A DNA stretch of 59,428 nucleotides, the filler included. It is 5 parts of 5 records of this genome, joined end to end, with 100 filler letters (N's around TTAATTAATTAA, not from the genome) between each part and the next. Parts side by side here need not be neighbours in the genome. Positions count along the whole stretch, not along the records: positions 20,889 to 25,940 come from SRR20825019_2439; positions 26,041 to 40,489 come from SRR20825019_2440; 3 more parts are not named here. One strand, 5' to 3'. Of this stretch, positions 21,890 to 31,798 are shown piece after piece; positions within the stretch are counted from its first letter, which is position 1; each line of letters begins with the position of its first letter. Below the pieces are notes generated by a model, which saw nothing but the letters and a program-made list of their open reading frames with translations, was not told where the DNA came from and did no database searches. The translations under genes were made by a program, and so were the position numbers.

Positions 21890-22624
21890 TTAAATCGTTT
21901 GGGTATCTGCGCAGAATTGATAGCCAATGCCGCGCACAGTTTTGATCAGTTTGGGATTTTTGGCATCTTTTTCGATCTTGCGGCGCAGGCGGCTGATCTG
22001 AATGTCAATGCTGCGATCAAATGGAAGCGAGCTTTGCCCGCGCACAATATCAACAAGCTGTTCACGCGAAATCGCCCGCTTGTTGTTTTTCACCAGTGCC
22101 AAAAGCAGCGAAAATTCCCCGGTTGAAAGATGTACCGCAACATTATCGGCATCCCGTAATTCACGTGATCCGATATCAAGCGTCCAATCGCCAAAGATAA
22201 CTTTCTGTGTTGGGACAACTTCATTATCAACCGGGCCAACCGAGCCCGTTTCAAACCGGCGAAACACCGCCCGGATACGGGCCAGCAATTCACGCGGGTT
22301 AAACGGCTTGGTCAGGTAATCATCCGCCCCCAGTTCCAGACCAAGAATACGGTCGGTATCTTCGCCAACGGCGGTCAGCATGACAATCGGCACCTTGGAT
22401 GTGCGGCGCACATCACGGCACAGCGCAAAGCCATCTTCACCAGGAAGCATGATATCAAGAATGACAAGATCGATCTTCCAATCGCGCAAGGCACGGTGCA
22501 TTTCGTTCCCATCCGAAACGGTGGTGATGCGATAACCGTGCTGCAGCAGGAATTTCTTCAAAAGCTTCTGGATTTCCTGATCGTCATCAACAACCAGAAT
22601 ATGTGGTTCACGTCGCGTCGTCAG
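21890..22624 (-). CDS. OmpR-family response regulator (probable CTG start at 22624)
   Basis: HILVVDDD (upstream of the called ORF start), LDIMLPG, GADDYLTKPF, and winged-helix RSIDIQISRLRRK/TVRGIGY. Confidence 0.9.
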   Translation of the reverse strand: MTTRREPHILVVDDDQEIQKLLKKFLLQHGYRITTVSDGNEMHRALRDWKIDLVILDIMLPGEDGFALCRDVRRTSKVPIVMLTAVGEDTDRILGLELGADDYLTKPFNPRELLARIRAVFRRFETGSVGPVDNEVVPTQKVIFGDWTLDIGSRELRDADNVAVHLSTGEFSLLLALVKNNKRAISREQLVDIVRGQSSLPFDRSIDIQISRLRRKIEKDAKNPKLIKTVRGIGYQFCADTQTI

Positions 22625-22731
22625 TGTCCCGAACTCCCCTATTTATCAACCGGCCATGTTCCTGACCGTCGGCGGAGTTTAGTCGATATTGCCAACGGAT
22701 TGAACCATTTTACCATTTCACGAATGTAAAA

Positions 22732-22756
22732 GAAAAAGCCGGGCAAAACCCGGCTT
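22732..22756 (-). terminator. Rho-independent terminator
   Basis: AAGCCGGG/CCCGGCTT hairpin with T-tract on the minus strand, after the 22790 stop. Confidence 0.75.
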
Positions 22757-22789
22757 CCTCAGATCGAAATATGGCGCGTTATTCTACGC

Positions 22790-24385
22790 TTATTTCAGGT
22801 CATAAACCTTGGTACTTCCCGACACTTCGGAAGCAACCACCAGCATCGCATTGCCCGTCGGGCTGTCTGATGCATTTACAAACTGCATGCCTTCCGGGGC
22901 CAGCTCACCTGCCGTGTCATGTTCCGGGCTTCCCGAGAACCGGCGATCGCTGTGATAGGTGACAAATTGCGGGTTGGACGGGTTGGTCAGATCATAGACC
23001 ATAATGCCCCCCTGACGCTCCAACCCGATAAAGGCATATGGCGTGCCGTTGACATAGCCTGCTGCGATGCCTTCTGGTTCAGGGCCTTTGTCATCGGATC
23101 GGTTGTCACGGCTGTAGTTTTCCGTGTCAGACGCGTTAAAGACATTGCCGTAATTCGATGCCAGAAACTGTTCAAACGCATCACCACTGTCAAAGACCAT
23201 GCTGCCATCAGCATCAAGCACCGAGAATGACCGCGCGCCATAGCTATAAATCACGTCAACATCGCCGTCACCATCTGTGTCACCCTGTGCAGTAGTGGTT
23301 TTCAAACGACCAAGATTTTCATCTTTCTGAAGGCTGCTTGCCGTCGGGAACGCTACCGGATCAAGGGTCAGTTTACCAACGCGGGTTTCTTCGCTGTAAC
23401 CGTCATAATCACGTGAATCGCCTTCATTAGCGATCAGGATCCAATCCTTGCCACCGATTTCAATCGCCTCAATCGTATCAGGCATATACATGCCCATAAC
23501 CGGCCATGTGCGGACATTGACTTTTCCGTCCTTGTCGCTGGCGTCAAAGGCATGAACCGAATGATCCTTGAAACCAAGACCGGCAATACGTTTTACGGTC
23601 GCGGTTTCAATATCAATGATCGCAATGGCATTGTTTTCCTGCAAAGACACATAGGCGGTTTTGCTGTCTTTGGAGACGGCGATATATTCCGGCTCCACAT
23701 CCTGTGCAACGCTTGACGTGCCCGGATTTGATGTCCGCATTCCGTATGGAAGTTCACCGTCATTCAAGAAGGCAAAATCAACGGTGCGAACATCACGGTC
23801 CGTCAGATCATCCACCCCGCCTGCCAGTGAAATGATCGAAACACTGCCTTCCGGGTCATTGGTGAAATCACCATTCGGTTCACCTTCATTGGCGACCAGA
23901 ACATATTTTCCATCCGGGGAAAATTTGATCATGTCGGGCAATGCTCCGACGCTAACAGCCGAAATGAAATTACCGTCCGTGTCAAAAAACACAGCCTGCC
24001 CGGCAGCCTGCTTGTCCGCATTTTCAACGGCCACTGCTACAACACCGTTATGGATCGCGACGCTATTGGCACCCTTGCCCCAGGTTGAAAGTTCCACCGT
24101 ACCGATTTTGGTCAGCTCGGACGGGTTCGACATATCAAGAATATCGATGACCTTGTCTGCACCATTCACGACAAAGATGCGTTTTGAAACAGGATCAAAT
24201 GCCGGAATTTCAGCCGCACTTTCATCAAGCATTCCGGTGCGATATTCGCCCATCGGAACAATCGTCAATGAATGGGCACCGGCATTGGCGATACCTTCAG
24301 CCATCATGGCTTGGTTGTCAGCCGTGCCTGCACAGGCACTTAGAAGTACGGAAACGGCAGCAGTAGCCAAAAGTGAAGAACGCAT
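22790..24385 (-). CDS. Choice-of-anchor I family alkaline-phosphatase-like lipoprotein
   Basis: Lipobox LSAC; AAEI, VANEGEP, EPEYI, LQENNA, YGARSFS and RSDDKGPEPEG motifs; start reassigned to MRSSL. Confidence 0.85.
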   Translation of the reverse strand: MRSSLLATAAVSVLLSACAGTADNQAMMAEGIANAGAHSLTIVPMGEYRTGMLDESAAEIPAFDPVSKRIFVVNGADKVIDILDMSNPSELTKIGTVELSTWGKGANSVAIHNGVVAVAVENADKQAAGQAVFFDTDGNFISAVSVGALPDMIKFSPDGKYVLVANEGEPNGDFTNDPEGSVSIISLAGGVDDLTDRDVRTVDFAFLNDGELPYGMRTSNPGTSSVAQDVEPEYIAVSKDSKTAYVSLQENNAIAIIDIETATVKRIAGLGFKDHSVHAFDASDKDGKVNVRTWPVMGMYMPDTIEAIEIGGKDWILIANEGDSRDYDGYSEETRVGKLTLDPVAFPTASSLQKDENLGRLKTTTAQGDTDGDGDVDVIYSYGARSFSVLDADGSMVFDSGDAFEQFLASNYGNVFNASDTENYSRDNRSDDKGPEPEGIAAGYVNGTPYAFIGLERQGGIMVYDLTNPSNPQFVTYHSDRRFSGSPEHDTAGELAPEGMQFVNASDSPTGNAMLVVASEVSGSTKVYDLK

Positions 24386-24437
24386 AATTTCCCCCAAGAT
24401 CAATGTTTCATCAAAGCAGAGAACTTGCTGATTTGTT

Positions 24438-24488
24438 GTAACTGTTTGATGACCAGGGGGTGACAGTTTCATAAATATCTTGTGGCAC
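24438..24488 (-). promoter_or_regulatory. Putative PhoB (Pho) box array
   Basis: Heptamers GTGCCAC, TATTTAT, CTGTCAC, TGGTCAT, CAGTTAC at exact 11-bp spacing (consensus CTGTCAT). Confidence 0.6.
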
Positions 24489-24564
24489 TGACTGCTCCAA
24501 CCGGGACTTCTGGACGTAACAATTAACAGAACACCATCGCATCACGTCCCAATCGAAACAGGAA

Positions 24565-25596
24565 ATGCCCATGCCCCCGATCAAAATCGCTGTCATCGGT
24601 GCTGGAATGGCGGGTTTAAAAGCCGCCAGCACGCTCCACAAGATCAGTATGGATATTACGGTCTTTGAGAAAAGCCGTGGCCTTGGCGGACGATTGGCAT
24701 CACGCCGGACGGAATTCGAGCATTTCAATCATGGGGCGCAATATATCACGGCCCGTCATCCGGGTTTTAATACCTTCCTGCAACAGGCCATCGACCATAA
24801 AACCGCACAGGAATGGCAACCTAATCTCCATCGCGGAACCCCACCCGATGCCGCGCCATCAGATGCGCCCACACATGCTGGCAACCTTGCGCTCGACCCG
24901 TGGTATCAGGGCGTGCCGCAAATGAACAAGCTGATCCGCCCATTGGTCGAACCATTTGAAATTCAGAAACAACACCGCATCACATCCATCGAACCGCTGA
25001 CGCCACAAACCTTCATGCTTCATGATGATCTTGACGGGGAATTCGGTCCGTTCGATGGGGTGATTGTCACCGCACCGGCCCCGCAAACTGCGGAACTTTT
25101 ACGCCCGCTTTCATCGCGCTTTGATCCGATTGGTGATGTTGTCATCGCCCCATGCTGGAGCGTGATGGTAGCCTTTAAAAAGCCCCTGCCCACCGCGTTT
25201 GATGCAATGCTTTATCCATCACCGGAAATAAGCTGGGCGGCACGCAGCACGCAAAACAACGACATTTTCCATCGTCGCACGCCGGACCACTGGGTCTTGC
25301 ATGCCAGTCCGAACTGGTCGCGGGATCATCTCGAAGATGACAAGGACCGCGTGATCGAAAAACTGCTAAGTGCGCTTCGCACAGCAAGTGGCATCAAGCT
25401 GCCTGATCTTCAAACCGTTCAAGCCCATCGCTGGCGCTATGCCCGGACCGAAATCCCGCTTGGTAGAAGCCACCTGAATGGCATGAATGGCCGCGTCATT
25501 GCGGCAGGCGACTGGTGCCTTGGCGCACGGGTCGAAGCCGCATGGCGAAGTGGTCAGTCGGCTGCACATGCCATGATTGAAACTTTAATCGGATAA
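24565..25596 (+). CDS. Renalase-like NAD(P)/FAD-dependent oxidoreductase
   Basis: GAGMAG, EKSRGLGGRLASRR, HGAQY, HRWRYA and GDWCLG motifs. Confidence 0.9.
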   Translation: MPMPPIKIAVIGAGMAGLKAASTLHKISMDITVFEKSRGLGGRLASRRTEFEHFNHGAQYITARHPGFNTFLQQAIDHKTAQEWQPNLHRGTPPDAAPSDAPTHAGNLALDPWYQGVPQMNKLIRPLVEPFEIQKQHRITSIEPLTPQTFMLHDDLDGEFGPFDGVIVTAPAPQTAELLRPLSSRFDPIGDVVIAPCWSVMVAFKKPLPTAFDAMLYPSPEISWAARSTQNNDIFHRRTPDHWVLHASPNWSRDHLEDDKDRVIEKLLSALRTASGIKLPDLQTVQAHRWRYARTEIPLGRSHLNGMNGRVIAAGDWCLGARVEAAWRSGQSAAHAMIETLIG

Positions 25597-25621
25597 CCCG
25601 CATTTCATCAGAAAACATGCC

Positions 25622-25816
25622 ATGCCCCGCAATGCCAATGGATATCGCCACAACAAGTCGGATCTTCCAGAAAAGACCTGTGTTGTTTGTAAACGCCCGT
25701 TTTCATGCCGCCGCAAATGGAAGGATTGTTGGGAAAGTGTGCGCTATTGTTCGGATAAATGCCGCAAAGACCGTAATGCAGCCAACCTAGCAACATCACA
25801 GCACTCACCACCGTGA
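25622..25816 (+). CDS. DUF2256 family protein
   Basis: LPEKTCVVCKRPF..RRKW..CWE.VRYCSDKCR. Confidence 0.85.
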   Translation: MPRNANGYRHNKSDLPEKTCVVCKRPFSCRRKWKDCWESVRYCSDKCRKDRNAANLATSQHSPP

Positions 25817-25940
25817 TGTTTGTCGTTACAAAATGGGCGGTATCAGCTATAGCCAATACCGCCCTTCTTGGAAACATTGTTTGTGTGTGTGGCCTGATCC
25901 GCCAACCCTAGCCGCGCAGGGACTGCATCCGCTTGATCAG

Positions 25941-26040
25941 NNNNNNNNNNNNNNNNNNNNNNNNNNNNNNNNNNNNNNNNNNNNTTAATTAATTAANNNN
26001 NNNNNNNNNNNNNNNNNNNNNNNNNNNNNNNNNNNNNNNN
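25941..26040. other. Artificial contig spacer
   Basis: 44 N + TTAATTAATTAA + 44 N. Confidence 0.98.
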
Positions 26041-26779
26041 TCACCACAATACGGCTGTCTTCATAAGGGGCTATGGATTCCAGGCCCACCACCGAGAAGC
26101 CCCAGAAGTTGCCTTGCCGGGGCCAGGCGTTTTCCAGCCCGAGGGCATTCAGGGCACTCTGGTAAAGGCCGTTGGGGGCATAAATACGCACGTGGCGGGC
26201 GTCCATGAAATTAACCAGTGCAACCGGCCGGTCTGTCAGTCCCGCCGCTTCCAGCCGGCGGCGTTGCGTTTCCAGAGTGGTGTCAATATCCGCCAGAATC
26301 GATTCGGCGCGAGCCTCGCGGCCCAGCATCTCGCCGAGGGTGGTCAGCATGTCACTGGCTTTCTCGAAGGGTTGACTGCCCTCTTTGTACACACTGATAA
26401 CGTAAGTGGGGGCGATACGCTCCAGCAGTTTTGCGGCGGGCGCCATTTCGGCACTGGTAACAATCAGATCCGGTTTGAGTTCGGCAATGGCTTCGAGGCT
26501 GGGGGCGACGCGGGTGCCGATGTTGGCAACCTCCTCTGGAAGCTGCGGCTCATTCACCCACACGTCATAGCCATCGCGGTCAGCGACGCCCACGGGCGTC
26601 ACGCCCAGCAACAGCAAGGCTTCTGTGGCGGCCCAGTTGAGGGCAACAATCCGCTCAGGTTGCTCGTCCAGGGTGAGGGTGCCGCCTTCATGCTGCCAGG
26701 TGCCGGCGCTGGCGGGCAGCGACAGAGCACCAATGAACACCATGGCAATCAGGGTTTTAGCCACACGCTCAGTGGACAT
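26041..26779 (-). CDS. Iron-siderophore ABC transporter substrate-binding protein (FhuD-like), 3' truncated
   Basis: PERIVAL.W...E.LL.LG..PVGVAD and PSLEAIAELKPDLI. Confidence 0.85.
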
Positions 26780-27542
26780 ACGAGACCCACTGGCCCGGCG
26801 CCCGCTCCATCACCCCCATTGGTACGCCGTAAATGGATTCCAGGATTCCCGAGTCCATGATGTCGCGTGGGCTGCCATCTGCAATCAACCGGCCGCCTTT
26901 GAGGGCCACCAAGCGGTCGCAGAAGCGGGCGGCCAGGTCGACATCGTGCAGTACCACAATCACCGTCAGTTCCCGTTCTTCGGCCAGGCGGTGCACCAGG
27001 CGCAGGGTTTCCACCTGGTGTTTGACGTCCAGGGCGGAAATCGGCTCGTCCAGCAGCAGGCAGCGAGTTTGTTGCGCCAGCAGCATGGCAATCCAGGCGC
27101 GCTGGCGTTCGCCGCCGGAGAGCGTGTCCACAGAGCGGTGCTGGAAGTGGTCGAGCCCGGTATCGTGTATGGCCTGGTCGATGAACTGGTGGTCTTCGCC
27201 GGTATAGCGGCCTAAAGGCCCGCGCCAGGGATAACGCCCCAGGGCAACCAGTTCCCGTACGGTGAGGCCGTCCGTGCCCGGTGGATGTTGGGGGAGGTAA
27301 CCGACCGTACGGGCGAATTCCCGCGCGCCGGTGGTCCGGAATGAGCTGCCAAGAAGGCTTGCATTGCCCGAAGAAGGCGACATCTGGCGGGCCAGCACTT
27401 TCAATAACGTGGACTTGCCGGAGCCATTGTGACCGAGCAGGGCAGTGACCTCGCCTTCACGAAACTCGATGTTGATGTCGTCAAGGATCGCAGCGTCACC
27501 AATGTGCACGCCCAGGCTGGATACTTCAAAGAACGCAGACAT
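26769..27542 (-). CDS. Iron-siderophore ABC transporter ATP-binding protein (FhuC-like)
   Basis: GHNGSGKST, LSGGERQRAWIAMLLAQ, LLLDEP and VLHD. Confidence 0.88.
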   Translation of the reverse strand: MSAFFEVSSLGVHIGDAAILDDINIEFREGEVTALLGHNGSGKSTLLKVLARQMSPSSGNASLLGSSFRTTGAREFARTVGYLPQHPPGTDGLTVRELVALGRYPWRGPLGRYTGEDHQFIDQAIHDTGLDHFQHRSVDTLSGGERQRAWIAMLLAQQTRCLLLDEPISALDVKHQVETLRLVHRLAEERELTVIVVLHDVDLAARFCDRLVALKGGRLIADGSPRDIMDSGILESIYGVPMGVMERAPGQWVSYVH

Positions 27543-27574
27543 GCAGGCTCCCATGGATCTGAGGGCCTGCAGAA

Positions 27575-27599
27575 TAATCTAAATGCGAATTACTATCAA
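27575..27599. promoter_or_regulatory. Putative Fur box
   Basis: TAAATGCGAATTACTATCA resembles the Fur consensus and lies just upstream of the siderophore ABC operon. Confidence 0.6.
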
Positions 27600-27627
27600 T
27601 GTGTGCCTGGCAATGTATGGCGTGCTG

Positions 27628-29418
27628 TCAGGCCTGACCGGTCTGCACGCGCCATTGTGCGGAATAGGGGCCGTTATTCTCCAGCAGTTCCTCATGGCGG
27701 CCGGACTCCAGAATGCGCCCACCGGCTACCACCGCAATGGTATCCGCATCCACTATGGTGGACAGCCGATGCGCGATCATGATCACCGTGCGATTGTGGC
27801 CGATCCGCTTGAGTGAACGCTGGATAGCCGCCTCGGTCTCGTTGTCCACGGCACTGGTGGCTTCGTCGAGCACCAGGATGGGCGGGTCTTTCAGCAGTGC
27901 ACGGGCCAGTGACAGACGCTGGCGCTGGCCACCGGAAAGCCGCACCCCGCGTTCGCCCACGGCGGTGGCAAGCCCCTCGGGCAGCGCCTCAATGAAGGAC
28001 CAGGCCTCGGCCGTCTTGGCGGCTTCGATAATCTGTTCGTCACTGGCGCCGGGGGAGCCGTAGGCAAGATTCTCGCGGATGCTGCCCTCGAACAGGTACA
28101 CGTCCTGGCTGACCAGGCCGATGGCCTCCCGCAGGGACTTCAGGCTGACGGACTGGATGGGCTGGCCGTCGATGCGGATCTGGCCGCCCGTGGGGTCGTA
28201 GAAACGCAACAACAGCTTGATCAGTGTGGACTTACCGGAACCGGTCGCCCCGACCAGCGCCAGGGTGTTGCCGGCTGGTACCGCTACCGAAATGTCGTCG
28301 ATACCGGCACCGCTGGACGGGTAGTGGAAGCTCACGCCCTCGAAGGTGACTTCGCCCTTCACCGGCTGTTCCAGCGTTTTGCCGGATTCATCCCGAACGT
28401 GAACCGGCTCAGCCAGCAGGTCCAGGATGCGGCGGGTGCTGGCCATGGCCCGTTCAAACAGGTCGATTACTTCCGCAAGGCCGGTCAGAGGCCACAGCAA
28501 ACGTTGGGTCAGGAACACCAGCACGCCGTAAGCACCGACGTTCAGAGAGCCTTCCAGCGCCATCATGCCGCCCACGGTAAAGGTGGCCAGGAAACCTGCC
28601 AGGATCGCCATGCGGATCACCGGAATAAACGCGGAGCTGATGCGAATGGCCCGGCGGTTTGCGTCCACATAGGCTTCACTGCTGGCTTTCAGCCGCTCCG
28701 CTTCCCGGTTTTCGGCTGTGAAACTCTTGATGGTGGCAATGCCGCCCAGGTTGTTGGCCAACCGGCTCGACAGGTCACCGACCTTCTCGCGCACGTCGGC
28801 GTACAGCGGGCCAGCCTTGCGCTGGAAGTAGAACGCGCCCCAGATAATCAGCGGAATGGGAGTAAACGCCAGCAGGGCAATGAGTGGCGACAACACGAAA
28901 AACACAGCGCCCACGGCAACGACCGTCACCACGACCTGAATCATGGCGTTGGCGCCGCCATCCAGGAAACGCTCCAGCTGGTTGACGTCGTCGTTCATGG
29001 TGGCGACCAGTTGCCCTGAGCTGCGGGCTTCAAAGAAGCTCATGTCCAGCTTCTGGGCATGCTCGTAGGCGTCTTGCCGCAGGTCGGACTGCAGGCGTTG
29101 AGCCAGGTTGCGCCAGAGGATCTGGAACAGGTACTCGAATATCGATTCGCCGGCCCAGATAAAGAAGGTCAGCACAGCCAGGATGGTGATCTGCTCCTGA
29201 GCGGTCTCAAAGCCGAGGCCCGCCACAAAGCTTTCTTCCTTGTTTACCACCACGTCGATGGCGATACCAATCAGGATCTCCGGCGCGATATCGAACAGTT
29301 TGTTGATGATGGAGCAGGTGGTGGCGGCAATGATCTGGCGGCGATAGCCGCGAGCGTATTTCAGCAGTCGGCCCAGGGCGGCAAAGCTGCTGGTGGTGTG
29401 GGGGGAAGACTCTGTCAT
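27628..29418 (-). CDS. ABC transporter fused permease/ATP-binding protein (MsbA-like exporter)
   Basis: TM domain plus GATGSGKST, LSGGQRQR and LDEATSAVD; start reassigned to MTESS. Confidence 0.9.
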   Translation of the reverse strand: MTESSPHTTSSFAALGRLLKYARGYRRQIIAATTCSIINKLFDIAPEILIGIAIDVVVNKEESFVAGLGFETAQEQITILAVLTFFIWAGESIFEYLFQILWRNLAQRLQSDLRQDAYEHAQKLDMSFFEARSSGQLVATMNDDVNQLERFLDGGANAMIQVVVTVVAVGAVFFVLSPLIALLAFTPIPLIIWGAFYFQRKAGPLYADVREKVGDLSSRLANNLGGIATIKSFTAENREAERLKASSEAYVDANRRAIRISSAFIPVIRMAILAGFLATFTVGGMMALEGSLNVGAYGVLVFLTQRLLWPLTGLAEVIDLFERAMASTRRILDLLAEPVHVRDESGKTLEQPVKGEVTFEGVSFHYPSSGAGIDDISVAVPAGNTLALVGATGSGKSTLIKLLLRFYDPTGGQIRIDGQPIQSVSLKSLREAIGLVSQDVYLFEGSIRENLAYGSPGASDEQIIEAAKTAEAWSFIEALPEGLATAVGERGVRLSGGQRQRLSLARALLKDPPILVLDEATSAVDNETEAAIQRSLKRIGHNRTVIMIAHRLSTIVDADTIAVVAGGRILESGRHEELLENNGPYSAQWRVQTGQA

Positions 29419-29488
29419 GGTTCGCTCCGCTTGCGCCAGAAAGCGGCAAGCGTAGCGGATTTGTCGAGAATTTAAAATGGAATCATTA

Positions 29489-29941
29489 TCACCTACTGGC
29501 GTTCTGTTGCAGCCAGCGGTCAAGCTTGTCGGCGAATTCCTTGCGGTCGGTCTGGCTGAAGGGCGCCGGGCCACCGGTGACCTGGCCAGCATTGCGCATT
29601 TCTTCCATGAAGTTGCGCATAGCCAGGCGCTGGCGGATATTCTCTTTGGTGAAAGCCTGGCCGCGCGGGTTGAACACGTCCGCGCCTTTTTCGATGGCTT
29701 CGGCAGCCAGGGGGATGTCCTGGGTGATCACCAGATCGCCTGTCTCCATCTGGTCAATGATGTCGTTGTCGGCCACGTCGAAACCCTGGGGTACCTGCCG
29801 GCGTTTGATGTAAGGGCTCGGGGGCAGGTTAATGGCGTGGTTGGCGATGAAGGTGGTATCGACCTGCCAGCGGGTGGCGGCGCGGCAGAGGATTTCCCGA
29901 ATGGGCACGGGGCAGGCGTCGGCGTCGACCCAGATTGGCAT
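29489..29941 (-). CDS. yaiI: YaiI/YqxD family protein
   Basis: IWVDADACP, FDVADN.I and LVITQDIPLA motifs. Confidence 0.9.
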   Translation of the reverse strand: MPIWVDADACPVPIREILCRAATRWQVDTTFIANHAINLPPSPYIKRRQVPQGFDVADNDIIDQMETGDLVITQDIPLAAEAIEKGADVFNPRGQAFTKENIRQRLAMRNFMEEMRNAGQVTGGPAPFSQTDRKEFADKLDRWLQQNASR

Positions 29942-30065
29942 GTTTGGTTCCTTTGTTGGTTCGGTGCTTGGTGAAGTTTACCTTTTGATGATGTGAGCCT
30001 GGTAGGTTTGGGGTGCGTATTAATTACGTGGTTGCATGCTTTGCGGGTGGAGGATCGACAAACTT

Positions 30066-30650
30066 ATGAAAACTCACAGTGTTCTTACTGCACTTCTTGT
30101 GTTTTCGCTGGGGCTGATTTCCCTTTTTGCAGGAACTGCGTACGCCGATGAATCAGAGGCCTGGGAGGCTCTCCGGGAAGGCCGGGCGGTTTTGATGTTG
30201 CGACACGCCCTGGCACCGGGAACAGGCGACCCCGCGAACTTTGATGTCGACGATTGCAGCACGCAGCGAAACCTGAATGCCGAAGGGCGCGAGCAGGCGC
30301 TGGCTTGGAAGGTCTATTTGGCGGAGCATGGCGTTGAGGAGGCCAGGGTCTTCAGCAGTCAGTGGTGCCGCTGCCTCGATACCGCGCGGGGAATGGATGT
30401 GGGGCCGGTGAAGGAGATGATGTCGCTGAACTCGTTTTTCCAGAACCGTAGCAACTCAGACATGCATACCCAGCAGACCATCGCCATTGTGAATGAAATG
30501 GAGCCAGGCCTGCCAGTGGTGCTGGTATCCCATCAGGTAAATATTACGGCACTGACCGGCATATACCCATCGTCGAACGAGGGAGTGGTTATGGCACTGC
30601 CGTTGTCAGAAAACCCGACGATACTGGCGCGTGTGTCGCCGGGGAGTTAG
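30066..30650 (+). CDS. Secreted histidine phosphatase family protein
   Basis: Signal peptide; LRHA, QRNL, SSQWCRC.DTA and LVSHQVNI. Confidence 0.85.
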   Translation: MKTHSVLTALLVFSLGLISLFAGTAYADESEAWEALREGRAVLMLRHALAPGTGDPANFDVDDCSTQRNLNAEGREQALAWKVYLAEHGVEEARVFSSQWCRCLDTARGMDVGPVKEMMSLNSFFQNRSNSDMHTQQTIAIVNEMEPGLPVVLVSHQVNITALTGIYPSSNEGVVMALPLSENPTILARVSPGS

Positions 30651-30688
30651 GCGCTCAAATCCAGGGCTCGATGTTCCCTATCTATCGG

Positions 30689-31693
30689 TCAACCGGCCTT
30701 CAGGCGTGGGAGGTCGTACACCTCCTGCCCGCTCAGGTGAAGGTATTTCTGGATCACCAGCAGTGCAATGGTCTGTTCCATCTGCTGATCGAAAAACTTC
30801 TCTACATACCGGTTGGCGTTGGCAATGATGGCCTCTGCCTGTTCAGGGTGATTCTGGTAATAGCGTACTTTTTCCGGCAGGTCAGAGTGGTCATCGGCCA
30901 GTTCTACATAGTGATAACCGGGCACCAGTGAGCCTTCCATGAACCAGGTTTCAAAGCGGGGCCGGCGCATCAGGCACAGGGAATTGGAGGCCATGATCCA
31001 CTTCAGGTTCGTCGCCACATCAATGCCTTCCACGCTCACCACAAACTGGTGCTGCAGCTGTTCCTCAATGCTCATGAAGTCCTTGTGGTAGGGCTGGGGT
31101 GCGGGTTCCTTATGTTGGGTGCAGCCAATATCGCAGAGGGGGTGGTCATTAAAGCGGGTAGCAAATTCGATGCGGTGCTGGCGGTTGGACTTGCCGCGCC
31201 ACACCGCCAGGGGCTTCTTTTGGCGGAAAGGTGTCGGGTCCTCTACAAACTGGTAATGCCGAACCGAGTTGAGTTTGAGCAATACTGAGTTACGGTTGGA
31301 GGCATCACGACGTACCGGGCGGCTTTTCACGAAACGGGGTTCGTTCGGGATTTCGGTTACATCACCGAACTGGTAGTCCACTTTTCGGTTCCGGGGGAAA
31401 CACTGGATCAGATTGCGAAAATCGAAGCAGTAGGCGCTGCTTTTGCCGGCGAAGGTAAAGTCGCCGGCGGGTTCGGCGGTTGCTGGTAGCGTGAACGGGT
31501 TTGAAAGGCGATTGTAGTACGCAACCCTTGCGTCAATCGCCGCTCTGCGTTCGCCCGTCATCGCCTCGTATTCCGACATCAGCAGGTCGCACTGCCATTG
31601 CCAGTAGGCTCGAGGAACCAGGGAGCGCACCGCGTTTCCGGAGTAGTAACCCAGTTTTTGCAGGTTCTTGGAAAAATTGTCACCGACTCGCAT
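30689..31693 (-). CDS. Glycosyltransferase family 90 / LpsA-like protein
   Basis: VWRG, VEGIDVATNLKW.MASNS and ETWFMEG.L.P..HYV. Confidence 0.8.
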   Translation of the reverse strand: MRVGDNFSKNLQKLGYYSGNAVRSLVPRAYWQWQCDLLMSEYEAMTGERRAAIDARVAYYNRLSNPFTLPATAEPAGDFTFAGKSSAYCFDFRNLIQCFPRNRKVDYQFGDVTEIPNEPRFVKSRPVRRDASNRNSVLLKLNSVRHYQFVEDPTPFRQKKPLAVWRGKSNRQHRIEFATRFNDHPLCDIGCTQHKEPAPQPYHKDFMSIEEQLQHQFVVSVEGIDVATNLKWIMASNSLCLMRRPRFETWFMEGSLVPGYHYVELADDHSDLPEKVRYYQNHPEQAEAIIANANRYVEKFFDQQMEQTIALLVIQKYLHLSGQEVYDLPRLKAG

Positions 31694-31798
31694 TGTTGTC
31701 ACCAGACGTTGGTTGAGGCGCGCCTTCCGCAGCACGCAAGGGCCCGAAGTAGGTCAGGTAGACACCACTAAAACAGCAAAGTGTGTCAGGAGGATTAA

